Source: Clostridium sp. CAG:510 (GTDB lineage Bacteria > Bacillota > Clostridia > Lachnospirales > Lachnospiraceae). From it: DNA of 64,000 nt. Shown here piece by piece: positions 16,562 to 26,469 of this stretch. Below the pieces are notes generated by a model. The model was not told where the DNA came from, did no database searches, and worked only from the letters and a program-made list of their open reading frames with translations. The first letter of the stretch is position 1, and every line of letters begins with the position of its first letter. Location of the stretch: positions 39,429 through 103,428 of the forward strand of contig FR880848.1 of assembly GCA_000434615.1 (NCBI GenBank), given 5' to 3'. A program made the translations under genes and the position numbers.

Positions 16562-18070
16562 TTATTGTGATTTCCGCAAAATCACCTTTTCTTTTCCATA
16601 ATATGCCGCAATATTCTCATTAATCCAATAATTGGGCTCTCCCTCTTCCACAATATCCGTAAAATAAAGTACATGGGGCTTCACGGAAAAAGGCTCCGCT
16701 TCCACCACTGTGATATCGGGATTTTTATAGTCCGCAAGTCGCTCCTGTGCTTCCGTATAATAGGTTTTTGCCTCTCCATTTGCTAAAGAGCGCAGCGCAG
16801 ATACGGAAGAAAACGTATTCTTATCCGGTGTACCTGCAAAGATAAGCAGCACAAGCACAAAAAAGATTCCCTGCAGCACAGCCGTATACTTGCCAAGGAC
16901 AGAAATCACGGTATGAATATCACGGTAAACTTCCTTTTCTCCTTCCTCTGTTTTCCGTGCCAGCCAGCCGAGTCCGTAAAAAATATCAAAGAAAATCAGA
17001 AGATAGAACAGACTCTGGAGCTGATTTTTAATACGTCCCGAATCCACATTACCTACCCCATAGAGAGAGGGCGCAAAGCCGGCGGCAAACAGGCAGAAGG
17101 AAAAGAACCAGACAATGAGCGGATGCGCATATCTGTATTTCTTTTTGCTCTCCCTGATCACTTTTCCCATGACGGGAAGTAAAAAGAGTACAATCACAAC
17201 AAAGAACGGCGATATCCATTCTTTTGTGTATTGTGCTGCCTGTACAAATGACAGCAGAATTGCTTTTACCGGCGCCATTCCCGTTGTACCGGACTGCCGC
17301 ATGCTGTTTCCCGGTGAGCACATACTGATGCCAAATCCTATCATCAGAAAAATCCCCGGGATAATCTGCTGCCATTTTATTTTTCTGTTTACAACAACAA
17401 ATAAAAATACGGTTCCGATTACAGCAAGCAGTCCTGTGGTATACTGGCTGCCCCCAACTATAAGCGCCAGCAGGGAAGTTCCTATTGCATAAGCCGCTTT
17501 ATTCCCGGTTTTTGTAAGCTTTCCGCTCCATATCTGCAAAGCGGTAAACACAAACAGCAGATAATGCAGCGTTGTGTAGGCAATGGCCCCCGCATACCAG
17601 AAGAAAGCTTCCGACGGTGACGGCACGGTCTGTATGACCAGGAAAGAAAGCAATGCCCAGATTTCCAGACATTCCTTCCGATGCACATCTTTTCCGTAAA
17701 AATAACTGATTATGCAGCGGATTGTTACATATAATGCCGCCAGAATGCTTCCCGCCATAATAACCGGTGTTATCCAGGTAAACTGTTCTCCAAATACCCC
17801 CGGGTTAAACACATCTAAAAAGCTTACAGAATAACAGCCTATCCAGGTCCGGTAGGATTTAACCACATAGGAAAGGGCATAAGCAAATACCCCGCCGATT
17901 CCGCCGCCTTCAGTCACAACATGGTGCATTTCCTTACACATGGAAAAGTCATCAGCCGCCATGACATTGTATCTGCCGATATAAAGCAGCGGAAGCAGCG
18001 ATATTCCCAAAAGCAGAAGACATGCAAGACTCTGTTTATTTTTCAATTTAGTTTCCATCCTTGTTTTCAA
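16562..18070 (-). CDS. Large polytopic membrane protein, GT-C-like glycosyltransferase candidate
   Basis: 502 aa, 12 or more TM segments. A DD motif lies in the first external loop (MAADDFSM). A C-terminal soluble domain is present. It overlaps the upstream GtrB-like GT2 by 4 nt, an arrangement like GtrB/GtrC or CsbB/YfhO. Confidence 0.55.
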   Translation of the reverse strand: MKTRMETKLKNKQSLACLLLLGISLLPLLYIGRYNVMAADDFSMCKEMHHVVTEGGGIGGVFAYALSYVVKSYRTWIGCYSVSFLDVFNPGVFGEQFTWITPVIMAGSILAALYVTIRCIISYFYGKDVHRKECLEIWALLSFLVIQTVPSPSEAFFWYAGAIAYTTLHYLLFVFTALQIWSGKLTKTGNKAAYAIGTSLLALIVGGSQYTTGLLAVIGTVFLFVVVNRKIKWQQIIPGIFLMIGFGISMCSPGNSMRQSGTTGMAPVKAILLSFVQAAQYTKEWISPFFVVIVLFLLPVMGKVIRESKKKYRYAHPLIVWFFSFCLFAAGFAPSLYGVGNVDSGRIKNQLQSLFYLLIFFDIFYGLGWLARKTEEGEKEVYRDIHTVISVLGKYTAVLQGIFFVLVLLIFAGTPDKNTFSSVSALRSLANGEAKTYYTEAQERLADYKNPDITVVEAEPFSVKPHVLYFTDIVEEGEPNYWINENIAAYYGKEKVILRKSQ

Positions 18071-19059
18071 TTTACGTTCTCCGTCTTCTGTTCCTGTGAT
18101 AAATTACCGGTTCTCTCACTGATAATGTATCTGGGACGATGTTTTACTTCCATATATATTTTACCTATGTATTCCCCCAGTACTCCCGTACAAATAAGCT
18201 GGATGCCTCCGATAAAACACACCATGCAGACCATACTTGCCCAACCTGCTACCGTCTGTCCGGTCATATGGGCAATCACCGCCCAGATAATGCCTATAAA
18301 TCCCAGCAGGGAAACCAAAATTCCCGCCATGGAAATCATACGGATTGGTTTATTGCTTAAGCTGGTAATACCGTCAAATGCCAGCGCCAGCATCTTACTT
18401 AACGGGTAATGGCTTTTTCCAGCCATTCTCTCATGTCTTTCATAGTAAACGGATGTGCTCTTGAACCCCACCAAAGGAAACATACCCCTTAAAAAAAGGT
18501 TCACTTCTTCAAAATGGGAAAATTCCTGTAATACCCGGTTGGATACCAGTCTGTAATCTGCATGATTATAAACCACATTGCCGCCCAGTGCATTTAAGAA
18601 TTTGTAATAGCTCTGTGCCGTAAACCGTTTCCAGAAAGTATCCGTGCTTCTGTTGCTGCGGACACCGTAGACTATCTCGCAGCCGTCAGCATACGCATCT
18701 ATCATATCCTCCATGGCATGGATATCGTCCTGTCCGTCACAGTCTATGGATATGGTGATATCGCACCTGTCCTTTGCCTCCATAAGCCCTGCCAGCACGG
18801 CATTCTGATGTCCTCTGTTCCGGCTCTGCTGTATCCCGTAAAAATGTTCATTTTCCTTTGCCATCCGGGATATAATCTGCCATGTGGCATCCCTGCTGCC
18901 ATCGTCTATAAGCAGGATTTTACTGTTTTCCGCAATCTTATTTTTTTGTATCAGTTCCTGCAGTTCCCCTAAAAACAACGGCGCCGTAATCGAAAGAACC
19001 TCTTCTTCGTTATAGCATGGAATTACCATCCAAAGACAAGGTTTGCTCACTTCAACCAT
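18067..19059 (-). CDS. GT2 polyprenyl-phosphate sugar synthase (GtrB/CsbB/ArnC-like)
   Basis: ...VIPCYNEEEV..., ...IDDGSRDAT..., ...SIDCDGQDD..., plus two C-terminal TM helices. This is the GtrB architecture. The start is ambiguous among ATG 19059, GTG 19050 and ATG 19029. Confidence 0.75.
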   Translation of the reverse strand: MVEVSKPCLWMVIPCYNEEEVLSITAPLFLGELQELIQKNKIAENSKILLIDDGSRDATWQIISRMAKENEHFYGIQQSRNRGHQNAVLAGLMEAKDRCDITISIDCDGQDDIHAMEDMIDAYADGCEIVYGVRSNRSTDTFWKRFTAQSYYKFLNALGGNVVYNHADYRLVSNRVLQEFSHFEEVNLFLRGMFPLVGFKSTSVYYERHERMAGKSHYPLSKMLALAFDGITSLSNKPIRMISMAGILVSLLGFIGIIWAVIAHMTGQTVAGWASMVCMVCFIGGIQLICTGVLGEYIGKIYMEVKHRPRYIISERTGNLSQEQKTENVN

Positions 19060-20168
19060 CCTTTCTCATACAGAAAACTCTTAACTTTCCCCAGACTGTC
19101 CAGTTCTTTTTGCAGCTTTTCATAATCCACCCGGTAAGGCGGGCAGACATCCGCCTGCTGCCGGAAACCTTCGTTTTGTGTTTCGGGCAGTTTTTCACAC
19201 AGATGAAAACACTTCAGAAATTCCTCGAAATTCCGGAAGTTCTTTTCAAACTGCCGGTTAAATTCCGTATAATCCTGCTCCCTGTAAATCTCGTACAGGG
19301 TTGCTTTTTTTTCATCGGTTACTATCGGCACCGCATAAAATTCGGCCAGTTCCCGCACACGCAAATCATAGTTGCCTTTATGAATATACACACACGCGGG
19401 TTTTCCCGCAAGCAGGGAAATCAGATTTCCGTGAATCCGGGTGCCGAACATAAAATCCACATTCTTCTCTATATACCGGTACCATTCCTGCAGGTTGGCA
19501 AAATATCTGACCCTGCCTTCCGCCAGAAGTTTCACACCGAAGTAACCGTATTTCTGAAGCAGCTCCGGAAATGCCGTCACCGCACCGTACAATGCTTTTC
19601 CATACTGGTCCTGACAAATGTAGTCCGCAGGATACCTTGCAAAAGAATCCCGGTAAAGCTTTTCGGAAAAATCCTGCACTCTTCCGTTCAGTGCCGGGTG
19701 GAAATCCTTTTCTTCCTTTTTGGCATTTCCGATTTTCAGAAGTCCGTTCTGGTACAGTGACGGACATCCCGTGGCATAGGCAATTTTCTCCCTGCCCGCC
19801 TTATCAAAAAGCTCCTTGGTGTAATACCCCCTGCAGGCAATGGCGCCGCCGCTCTCTTCCACCATATCGGCGAAGGTGTTAAGCTCTGCCGCAATCTGCC
19901 CATACAGGCTGTCCATGGTATCCTTTCCCGTTAACGTAAGCCCGATGCCCAGTACAAAAACAGGAATGGTAATCCCCTTAATCAGCTTCATGACATTTTC
20001 AAGATATGCTGTATTGCTCTGCAGTACATTTGCCATGGGATACAGCACACAGTCATAGGTTTCGTTTATCTCATTCTTATAAGCATCCGCATCCCCGTTC
20101 ATTTTGTACCAGTCGTAAAATTCATAGGAATTTCCGGGAAGTCCGGCTATAAATCTTGCGGCATTCAT
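19047..20168 (-). CDS. Polysaccharide pyruvyl transferase family protein (CsaB/WcaK-like). The N-terminus may lie in a separate frame.
   Basis: C-terminal motif FMFGTRIHGNLISLLAGKPACVYIH (the RxHG...GxP signature of PF04230). The usual N-terminal G-x-N-x-GD-EA motif is missing from this ORF. It is instead encoded by a short upstream ORF in another frame (see findings). Confidence 0.55.
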   Translation of the reverse strand: MNAARFIAGLPGNSYEFYDWYKMNGDADAYKNEINETYDCVLYPMANVLQSNTAYLENVMKLIKGITIPVFVLGIGLTLTGKDTMDSLYGQIAAELNTFADMVEESGGAIACRGYYTKELFDKAGREKIAYATGCPSLYQNGLLKIGNAKKEEKDFHPALNGRVQDFSEKLYRDSFARYPADYICQDQYGKALYGAVTAFPELLQKYGYFGVKLLAEGRVRYFANLQEWYRYIEKNVDFMFGTRIHGNLISLLAGKPACVYIHKGNYDLRVRELAEFYAVPIVTDEKKATLYEIYREQDYTEFNRQFEKNFRNFEEFLKCFHLCEKLPETQNEGFRQQADVCPPYRVDYEKLQKELDSLGKVKSFLYEKGWLK

Positions 20169-20260
20169 GAACCGGTATTTCCGATGTAATTGTCAATCCA
20201 TGCAGAAATATCCTGTGCGTTTTTCATGGCTTCGGTATCCGTCCAGTTGCCGGTAAGCAT
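20165..20260 (-). other. Short 31-aa ORF ATGA-coupled to the pyruvyl transferase gene; a possible detached or frameshifted N-terminus
   Basis: MLTGNWTDTEAMKNAQDISAWIDNYIGNTGS. It is 36 aa if a TTG at 20275 (RBS gggagga) is the start. GNWTDTEAM resembles the pyruvyl-transferase N-terminal G-N-x-GDEAI motif. Its TGA stop overlaps the ATG at 20168. Confidence 0.4.
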
Positions 20261-20271
20261 AATCAGACATT

Positions 20272-21336
20272 TCAAAGCTTACATCCTCCCCTCCATTGCT
20301 CGTATTTCCTAAAGCAGTACAGATTAACGGCTGCTCCCATACTGTTTTCCTCCGCCAGTCTTAAAATTCTTTTGGTGCGTGAAGAAGTACGCTCCTGCCA
20401 GCAGTAACTTACGGTTTCCTTACCCACCGGTGTTTCTGCGAAATGATGCAGCTGTTTTTTCAGTTTTCCCGTAACGAAAAGCTCCTTTAAGGATATATGA
20501 GGGGTAATCATATTGTCCAGCATATAGCACAAATAACGGTACAGCTGCGGCATCAGTACTTCTTTTTCCTCTGGGAAATCCGCAAACTCCTGTGAAAGCA
20601 GTCTTCCCAGTGTCAGAATTTCATCCGTATAATAGGTTTTAATGATGGCATGGGAGATAGAGCTCTCCCGCATCCGGTAAAAATAAAAAAAACCTTCTTT
20701 CAGGTAATAGATACTCTCCGCCTCCAGAATACAGCCATAACTGCAGGCGGCATCTTCTCCCAGGCGGATGGAATTGTCCACCCTCATCTGGTGCTTCCGC
20801 AAAAGTTCCCTGCGGAACAACCGGCTGCAGAGGGACGGCTGGAAACCAAAGGAAAAATATTCTCCCCTGCTTAACATTTCCGGGTATACTTTCTTTTTTA
20901 AGTCTTCTTTGTCATAATACCCGCCATCCATATTCTGGGACAGTGGCTCCTCTGTTTTTCCTGCTGCCACAAAATCGGAAATAACTATATCGGCGCCGGT
21001 ATCAGAAGCCTGTCCGCACAACTTTTCCATCATGCATTCCGCAATCCAGTCGTCCCCGTCCACATATGCCACATAGGTGCCCAGAGCTTCGGAAAGTCCT
21101 GCTTTCCGTGCACTGACAAGTCCTCCGTTTTCCTTATGGATGACACGGATGCGCCGGTCTTTTCCGGCATATTCGTCGCACAGCCTTCCGGTGCTGTCCT
21201 TGGAACCGTCGTCTACCAAAAGCAGTTCAAAATCGGTAAAAGTCTGCCTTAAAATACTGTCCACACACTGCGGCAGATACTCTTCCACATTGTAAGCCGG
21301 TACCACAATGCTTAAAAAAGGTGTTCCGTTATTCAT
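20272..21336 (-). CDS. GT2 glycosyltransferase
   Basis: LSIVVPAYNVEEYL...LLLVDDGSKDST...YVDGDDW is a GT-A fold with a DxD motif. 354 aa. Confidence 0.75.
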   Translation of the reverse strand: MNNGTPFLSIVVPAYNVEEYLPQCVDSILRQTFTDFELLLVDDGSKDSTGRLCDEYAGKDRRIRVIHKENGGLVSARKAGLSEALGTYVAYVDGDDWIAECMMEKLCGQASDTGADIVISDFVAAGKTEEPLSQNMDGGYYDKEDLKKKVYPEMLSRGEYFSFGFQPSLCSRLFRRELLRKHQMRVDNSIRLGEDAACSYGCILEAESIYYLKEGFFYFYRMRESSISHAIIKTYYTDEILTLGRLLSQEFADFPEEKEVLMPQLYRYLCYMLDNMITPHISLKELFVTGKLKKQLHHFAETPVGKETVSYCWQERTSSRTKRILRLAEENSMGAAVNLYCFRKYEQWRGGCKL

Positions 21337-22261
21337 CCGCCACCTCTTTCACCCGGGTTTCTTTTTCCAGGAAGGTATATTCATACCCCATTTTAGCAAG
21401 CCATCCCAAAGCCGTCTCCAGTTTATCCGCATTCTCCTGAAAACACCATGCATGGGTAAACACCACCACCAGGCGGTCGCGTTTATGTGCATCCAGAGCA
21501 TTGAAAATGTCATCTGTTTTTTCCAGCCGGATATCCGTTACATAATAACTCAGTTCTCCCGGACGGATACCGTCTCTTGACTTTAAAAGAGTCTCCGCCT
21601 GTTCCTTATTCAGATTGTAGCAGGAGTTGCTTTCATTTCCGCAAAGCAGACCTTCCACGCCTTCTTTTTTCAGTACCTCCGCCATTTCATCCGTGGCATA
21701 CCAATAATGCAGTCTGATGACATGGGCAAGGGACTTTTCTCCTGCGAAATCAAGAATTTCCCTGTTTACTTTCTGAAATCCTTCGGCAAATTCTTTGGTT
21801 GTCATCCCTTCCTCCTCGGGATCTGCCTCTGTCATGCTGTGAAAGCCTATTTTCAGCCAGTCTGCGTTGTCCTCAAATTCCGTCTTGTAGGCATCCGGAA
21901 AATCCGCCAAATCATAGGTATCCAGTTTCCCAAAAACATATAAGGTCGCTTTCAGTCCGTATTCCTCATGAAAATCCCTTAGCTTTCCCAGTACCTCATT
22001 TTCAAAGATGCTCTCATACTCATGAAACGCAATATCCTGAAAAATCTGGGTGGCATCGTCTATGCTGAAATGCGTATATTTGGGAATGGTTCTTACCCTG
22101 TTTAATGGTTCTTCCGGGGTCTTTTCCGCCTGCAGGGCGTAGACGATATAGGTTCCCAGTGCAATTCCCAGAAACAGCAGAAGCACAAGAATAACTATCT
22201 TTATTCGGTTTCGATTTTTATTTCTCCTAACGCTACGTGTCCCCAATATCTGTGACTCCAT
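21329..22261 (-). CDS. Membrane-anchored protein, possibly a divergent polysaccharide deacetylase (CE4-like)
   Basis: N-terminal TM helix. HFSIDDATQIF resembles CE4 motif 1 (TFDDG). The 5' end overlaps the upstream ABC ATPase gene by 61 nt, so the true start may be further downstream. Confidence 0.35.
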   Translation of the reverse strand: MESQILGTRSVRRNKNRNRIKIVILVLLLFLGIALGTYIVYALQAEKTPEEPLNRVRTIPKYTHFSIDDATQIFQDIAFHEYESIFENEVLGKLRDFHEEYGLKATLYVFGKLDTYDLADFPDAYKTEFEDNADWLKIGFHSMTEADPEEEGMTTKEFAEGFQKVNREILDFAGEKSLAHVIRLHYWYATDEMAEVLKKEGVEGLLCGNESNSCYNLNKEQAETLLKSRDGIRPGELSYYVTDIRLEKTDDIFNALDAHKRDRLVVVFTHAWCFQENADKLETALGWLAKMGYEYTFLEKETRVKEVADE

Positions 22262-23502
22262 TCCATTTTGTGGGCAAAATCCTCGCCCGCTTTAATTTCA
22301 AAACAGTAGGCATCCTTAACTCCGTCACAATTCCGGAAGGTGCCAAACTGGTTTACTTCATATAAAATAAGGCTCAGGGTATACTTACCCGGCACAATAT
22401 ACTGCGTATCCAGGCTGAACGTAACTTTCCTGTCTTCTCCGCATTTTGCCTCAAATGCTTCTTTTGAAGTAATCATGGTAACCGGCGTGCCGTCCGCATA
22501 ATGAATAATGGCACGGATATACATGTGCAGATCCTGCTGATTGGCAGTAAGTGTCAGCTTAAAACGCATTTTGCTGTTCTGGACAAAAACACTGCTGTCC
22601 GCATCCAGCACCTCTAATTTTTTCATGAACGCCACATGGCTCTTATGCTCTTCCGCTCTTGGGAAATCCTCCAGATTAAGCTTCAAGGGCGACTCCTTCA
22701 CCGTACCCATGTAAATCCGGATGGCTTCCTCCACATTGCCGTCATAAATGATGCGGCCCTTGTCCAGTACCACGCAGCGGCTGCAAAGCTGCTGGATGGT
22801 GTTCATATTGTGGCTGACATACAAAACGGTACGTCCTTCTTTATCTGCCACATCTCCCATTTTCCCCAGACACTTTTCCTGAAATTTCATATCGCCTACC
22901 GCCAGTACCTCATCCATTACAAGGATTTCGGAGTCTAAGTGTGCTGCCACGGAAAACGCCAGTTTTACATACATACCGGAGGAATATCGTTTAACCGGGG
23001 TATCAATGAATTTCCGGCACTCGGAAAACTCAATGATGTCTTCCATTTTTTTATCCACTTCGTTGCGGTTCATGCCTAAAATGGCACCGTTTAAGTAAAT
23101 GTTCTCCCGTCCCGTCAGTTCTCCGTGAAAGCCGGTACCCACCTCCAGCATACTGGAAATTCGGCCCTTGATTTTCACTTCCCCTTCCGTGGGCGCCGTA
23201 ACGCGGGAAAGAATTTTTAACAGAGTGGATTTACCGGCGCCGTTGGAGCCGATAATACCCAGGGTTTCCCCCGCCTTTACCTCTAAGTTCACACCGTTTA
23301 ACGCCCAGAACTCCGTACCGCTCTCTCTTTTTTCCCCGATTTTCAGATTTGGGTCGTCTTTTCCCGTTTTCTTCGCCCACCAACTCTGTAAATCGGCGCT
23401 TAAGGTCCCGCCTCCGATGCTGCCGAGCTTATATCTTTTCTTTAAGTTTTCTATCTTAATAACCGTATCCTGCATACTGTTTCCATGCCTTTCCGTAACC
23501 AT
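22201..23502 (-). CDS. ABC transporter ATP-binding protein, TagH/Wzt-like, with a C-terminal extension
   Basis: Walker A (GSNGAGKST), the ABC signature (YSSGMYVKLAF) and Walker B (ILVMDEVLAVGD), followed by a C-terminal domain of about 170 aa. The alternative ATG at 23475 gives MQDTVIKIENL. Confidence 0.8.
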   Translation of the reverse strand: MVTERHGNSMQDTVIKIENLKKRYKLGSIGGGTLSADLQSWWAKKTGKDDPNLKIGEKRESGTEFWALNGVNLEVKAGETLGIIGSNGAGKSTLLKILSRVTAPTEGEVKIKGRISSMLEVGTGFHGELTGRENIYLNGAILGMNRNEVDKKMEDIIEFSECRKFIDTPVKRYSSGMYVKLAFSVAAHLDSEILVMDEVLAVGDMKFQEKCLGKMGDVADKEGRTVLYVSHNMNTIQQLCSRCVVLDKGRIIYDGNVEEAIRIYMGTVKESPLKLNLEDFPRAEEHKSHVAFMKKLEVLDADSSVFVQNSKMRFKLTLTANQQDLHMYIRAIIHYADGTPVTMITSKEAFEAKCGEDRKVTFSLDTQYIVPGKYTLSLILYEVNQFGTFRNCDGVKDAYCFEIKAGEDFAHKMEWSHRYWGHVALGEIKIETE

Positions 23503-23519
23503 AAAACCACTTTGGGAAC

Positions 23520-24362
23520 CTACACGGTATCCATGAAGGTTTTCTCAATCTTGCTGAACAAAAGAACGCCGATAACCATAACCACTATCGTGGTAATCCA
23601 GCTGATGCCCCAGGAGGCAAACGGAATGTAACCGGTTCCTAAGAAAGCATAGCGGAAAATCGTCACAATGGGAGACACCGGATTTAAGAGATAAATAAAC
23701 CGGTACCGCTCCGGTATCTGGCTTACGGAATATACAATGGGGCTGGCATACATCCAGAGCTGCACACCGAAGGTCACCAGTATGGTCAAATCCCGGTACT
23801 TGGTGGTGAGGGAGGAAACAATAATGCCCACTCCCATGCCGAGCATGGCAAGCTGGATCACCAGAATGGGGGTTAAAAGTGCCCAGGGAGTAATGCCGAT
23901 GGGCGTACCCGTCAGTGCATAAATCATTAAAATCACCGCGAACAGGCAAAACTGGATACCCAGGTCCAAAAGTCCCGTAAGTACCGTGGAAATGGGAGCT
24001 ACCAATCTGGGGAAATACACCTTGCCGAATACCCCCGCATTGGACACAAAGGTATTGGATGTCTGGTTGACGCAGTAAGCAAAATACGTCCAGATGATAT
24101 TGCCGGACATATAGAATGCCATCTGCGGCGTTCCGTCCGTGGACAGTCCCGCAATATTACCGAATACCAGCACATACATTAGGGTCGTCAGTATCGGGCT
24201 GATAATCAGCCACAATGGCCCTAATATGGTCTGCTTGTATTTGGTAACGAAATTTCTTTTTACAAACAGAAAGATTAAATCCTTATAGGATAATAATTCT
24301 TTCAGGTTGATATCCCATAAATTATGCTTCGGTTTTAATACTGTTGTCCATTTCTCTTCCAT
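23520..24362 (-). CDS. ABC-2 type polysaccharide/teichoic-acid export permease (TagG/Wzm-like)
   Basis: 280 aa, 6 TM helices. ...NFVTKYKQTILGPLWLIISP... is typical of ABC-2 / Wzm. Confidence 0.8.
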   Translation of the reverse strand: MEEKWTTVLKPKHNLWDINLKELLSYKDLIFLFVKRNFVTKYKQTILGPLWLIISPILTTLMYVLVFGNIAGLSTDGTPQMAFYMSGNIIWTYFAYCVNQTSNTFVSNAGVFGKVYFPRLVAPISTVLTGLLDLGIQFCLFAVILMIYALTGTPIGITPWALLTPILVIQLAMLGMGVGIIVSSLTTKYRDLTILVTFGVQLWMYASPIVYSVSQIPERYRFIYLLNPVSPIVTIFRYAFLGTGYIPFASWGISWITTIVVMVIGVLLFSKIEKTFMDTV

Positions 24363-24376
24363 GAAATCTCATCCAT

Positions 24377-25429
24377 TCATCGTTTTATCAATCGTTTTAC
24401 CGGTCTTAAAACATTCTTTACTGCTTCTTTTACCTGCTCTCTGTTCTTAAGACGCTTTACTTTTTTTTCATAGCCCGCCGGATTTTCGGCAAATGCCCGG
24501 TATGTGCTTTTCTGCTCATCCGTCAGCTTTTCCGTAACTTCCGTATCGGTCAAAAATGCTTTCACGGTTTCCTGCATCCGTTTTATGGTATCTGCTGCCT
24601 CCGGCGCCTCCTTCATATACGGATAATTTACCGTTATAAAATGAAGCATCTGTATTCTGGTAAATACGGCTGCTTCCGTGTATCCCCGCTCTGTCAGATA
24701 GGCAAGGCGCTCCTCATACGCCTGAAAGGTATCCGCATAATAGGTCCATTTCCTTTTGGCGGTAATACTGCCTTCTCTCTGCACATAGTAATACAGCTTT
24801 TCATCCACATAGGCAGTCTTTTTACACTGTCCCAAAATATAATGAATCGCCGATTCGTCATCGTGAATACGCCCTTTGATATAACGGGTATGGTCATATA
24901 CGGACTTCCTGTATATTTTATCCCAGGCAACCACGGTACGCAAATTTTTGTACCAGAGCTGGTTCATGATATCCTGTCCCTCGTAGCAGACCGGCTCCTT
25001 CACCTTTTCTATTACCGGGAAAGACTCCACCAGCTTATCCGGTATCATCTCAAAATCAAAAACCGCTATATCCGCTCCCGTGCTGCCGATAACCTCATGC
25101 ATAATCTTAAGGGTGTCTGGATGAATGTAATCGTCCTCATCCACATACATGATGTATTCGCCTTCTGCCACGGCAATGCCCGCATTCCTGGCATCCGACA
25201 GACCACCGTTCTCCTTGTGCACTACTTTGATGCGGGAGTCCGTTTTCTGAAGTTCATCGCAGATTTCTCCCGATTCATCCGGAGAGCCGTCGTCCACTAA
25301 AATAATTTCCGTGTTGGTATAGCTTTGGTTCTGTATGGATGCCACGCATCTTCTCAGCCAGGGTGCTCCCATGTAAATCGGCACGATGACACTAATCTTC
25401 TCTTCTTCCGTCATAATCTGCCCCATCAT
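24377..25429 (-). CDS. GT2 glycosyltransferase
   Basis: ISVIVPIYMGAPWL...ILVDDGSPDES...YVDEDDY. ATGA overlap with the radical-SAM gene upstream. Confidence 0.75.
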   Translation of the reverse strand: MMGQIMTEEEKISVIVPIYMGAPWLRRCVASIQNQSYTNTEIILVDDGSPDESGEICDELQKTDSRIKVVHKENGGLSDARNAGIAVAEGEYIMYVDEDDYIHPDTLKIMHEVIGSTGADIAVFDFEMIPDKLVESFPVIEKVKEPVCYEGQDIMNQLWYKNLRTVVAWDKIYRKSVYDHTRYIKGRIHDDESAIHYILGQCKKTAYVDEKLYYYVQREGSITAKRKWTYYADTFQAYEERLAYLTERGYTEAAVFTRIQMLHFITVNYPYMKEAPEAADTIKRMQETVKAFLTDTEVTEKLTDEQKSTYRAFAENPAGYEKKVKRLKNREQVKEAVKNVLRPVKRLIKR

Positions 25430-26469
25430 ACATTCTTTTTATGGTTAATCAGCCACTTTTTCCATTCGGGATATTCCTTGTTGGAATCCTTTAGCTTACA
25501 GGATAAAAAGGCTTCCACCTCCGGGCTTAACCAGTTGTTTCCCTCTGCATCGGTCCGGTTACGGAGGCTGGCATAGGTCGGCGTATCCAGCTCCGGTATA
25601 TCTCCCAGTGTCAGGAACGAATGTCCGTTATAGCAGTGGGAAATCGGACACCGGCAGCCCATGGCTTCAAAATGAAGCGGCTTGTCCGGGTTTTCGTAAA
25701 TATTATCGATTTTGCTGCCCGCATAGCACCTCGTCATATTTCCGGTGCCGAGATTGACATAAACGCTCCAGTCTCCGGCATAGCAGAACCGGTTCTGGTG
25801 CTCACCGAAAATAGTCTTCTTAAATGTAAACAGATTGGAGTCAAACTGCTCCCAGGTCTTGTAAAATTCCTCTTCCGGTAAGGCGGAATAAATGGGAATA
25901 TCCGGCTTGGCATCGTCTCTGGCAATCGTCACATGGCAATCGGCTCCCACATACTTCTTTGCCTCCGCGCGCAGTTCGTCAATATGCGGAATCAGTTCGT
26001 CATTGGGTGTTACCTCTAAGGTGAAAGAACAGCCCGCCTTACGCATCCGGTTGATGTTGTCAAAAAACAGTTCTGTGATTTTCAATCTGTGCTGCTCTAA
26101 ATAATGATAGGAAAACTTAAAGGAAAGCCGTTTTCTTAATTCTTCCGGGAATTCCTCGATTTCCTTAAATGCCTTAGTAATGGTTCCGTTTGTTACGATA
26201 AAAACATAGTGTCCCTCTTCTAAGAGTGCCTTTGCCACCTTGGGTAAATCCGGGCAGAGCAGAGTCTCCCCGCCGCCGCAAAGATTGATAAGGCAGGTGC
26301 CCCCCAGTCTTTTTTTCGACAATGCCCTGGCAATTTCTTCCGGGGAATGACCGATGGGTCTGATTTCGTCCTTCCATCTGTCCTTCATGGTAATGTAGCA
26401 GTAATGACACCGCAAGTTGCAAGTGGTAATGGGAACATAACATTCTACATATCTTTTTAATTTATCCAT
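25426..26469 (-). CDS. Radical SAM enzyme of unknown specificity, inside the glycan cluster
   Basis: YVPITTCNLRCHYCY carries the CxxxCxxC motif. GGGETLL is the glycine-rich SAM site. Additional Cys residues lie near the C-terminus (GCRCPISHCYNGH). The ATG at 26469 has a gggaga RBS; the track ORF starts 43 codons earlier, which overlaps the upstream gene implausibly. Confidence 0.7.
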   Translation of the reverse strand: MDKLKRYVECYVPITTCNLRCHYCYITMKDRWKDEIRPIGHSPEEIARALSKKRLGGTCLINLCGGGETLLCPDLPKVAKALLEEGHYVFIVTNGTITKAFKEIEEFPEELRKRLSFKFSYHYLEQHRLKITELFFDNINRMRKAGCSFTLEVTPNDELIPHIDELRAEAKKYVGADCHVTIARDDAKPDIPIYSALPEEEFYKTWEQFDSNLFTFKKTIFGEHQNRFCYAGDWSVYVNLGTGNMTRCYAGSKIDNIYENPDKPLHFEAMGCRCPISHCYNGHSFLTLGDIPELDTPTYASLRNRTDAEGNNWLSPEVEAFLSCKLKDSNKEYPEWKKWLINHKKNV

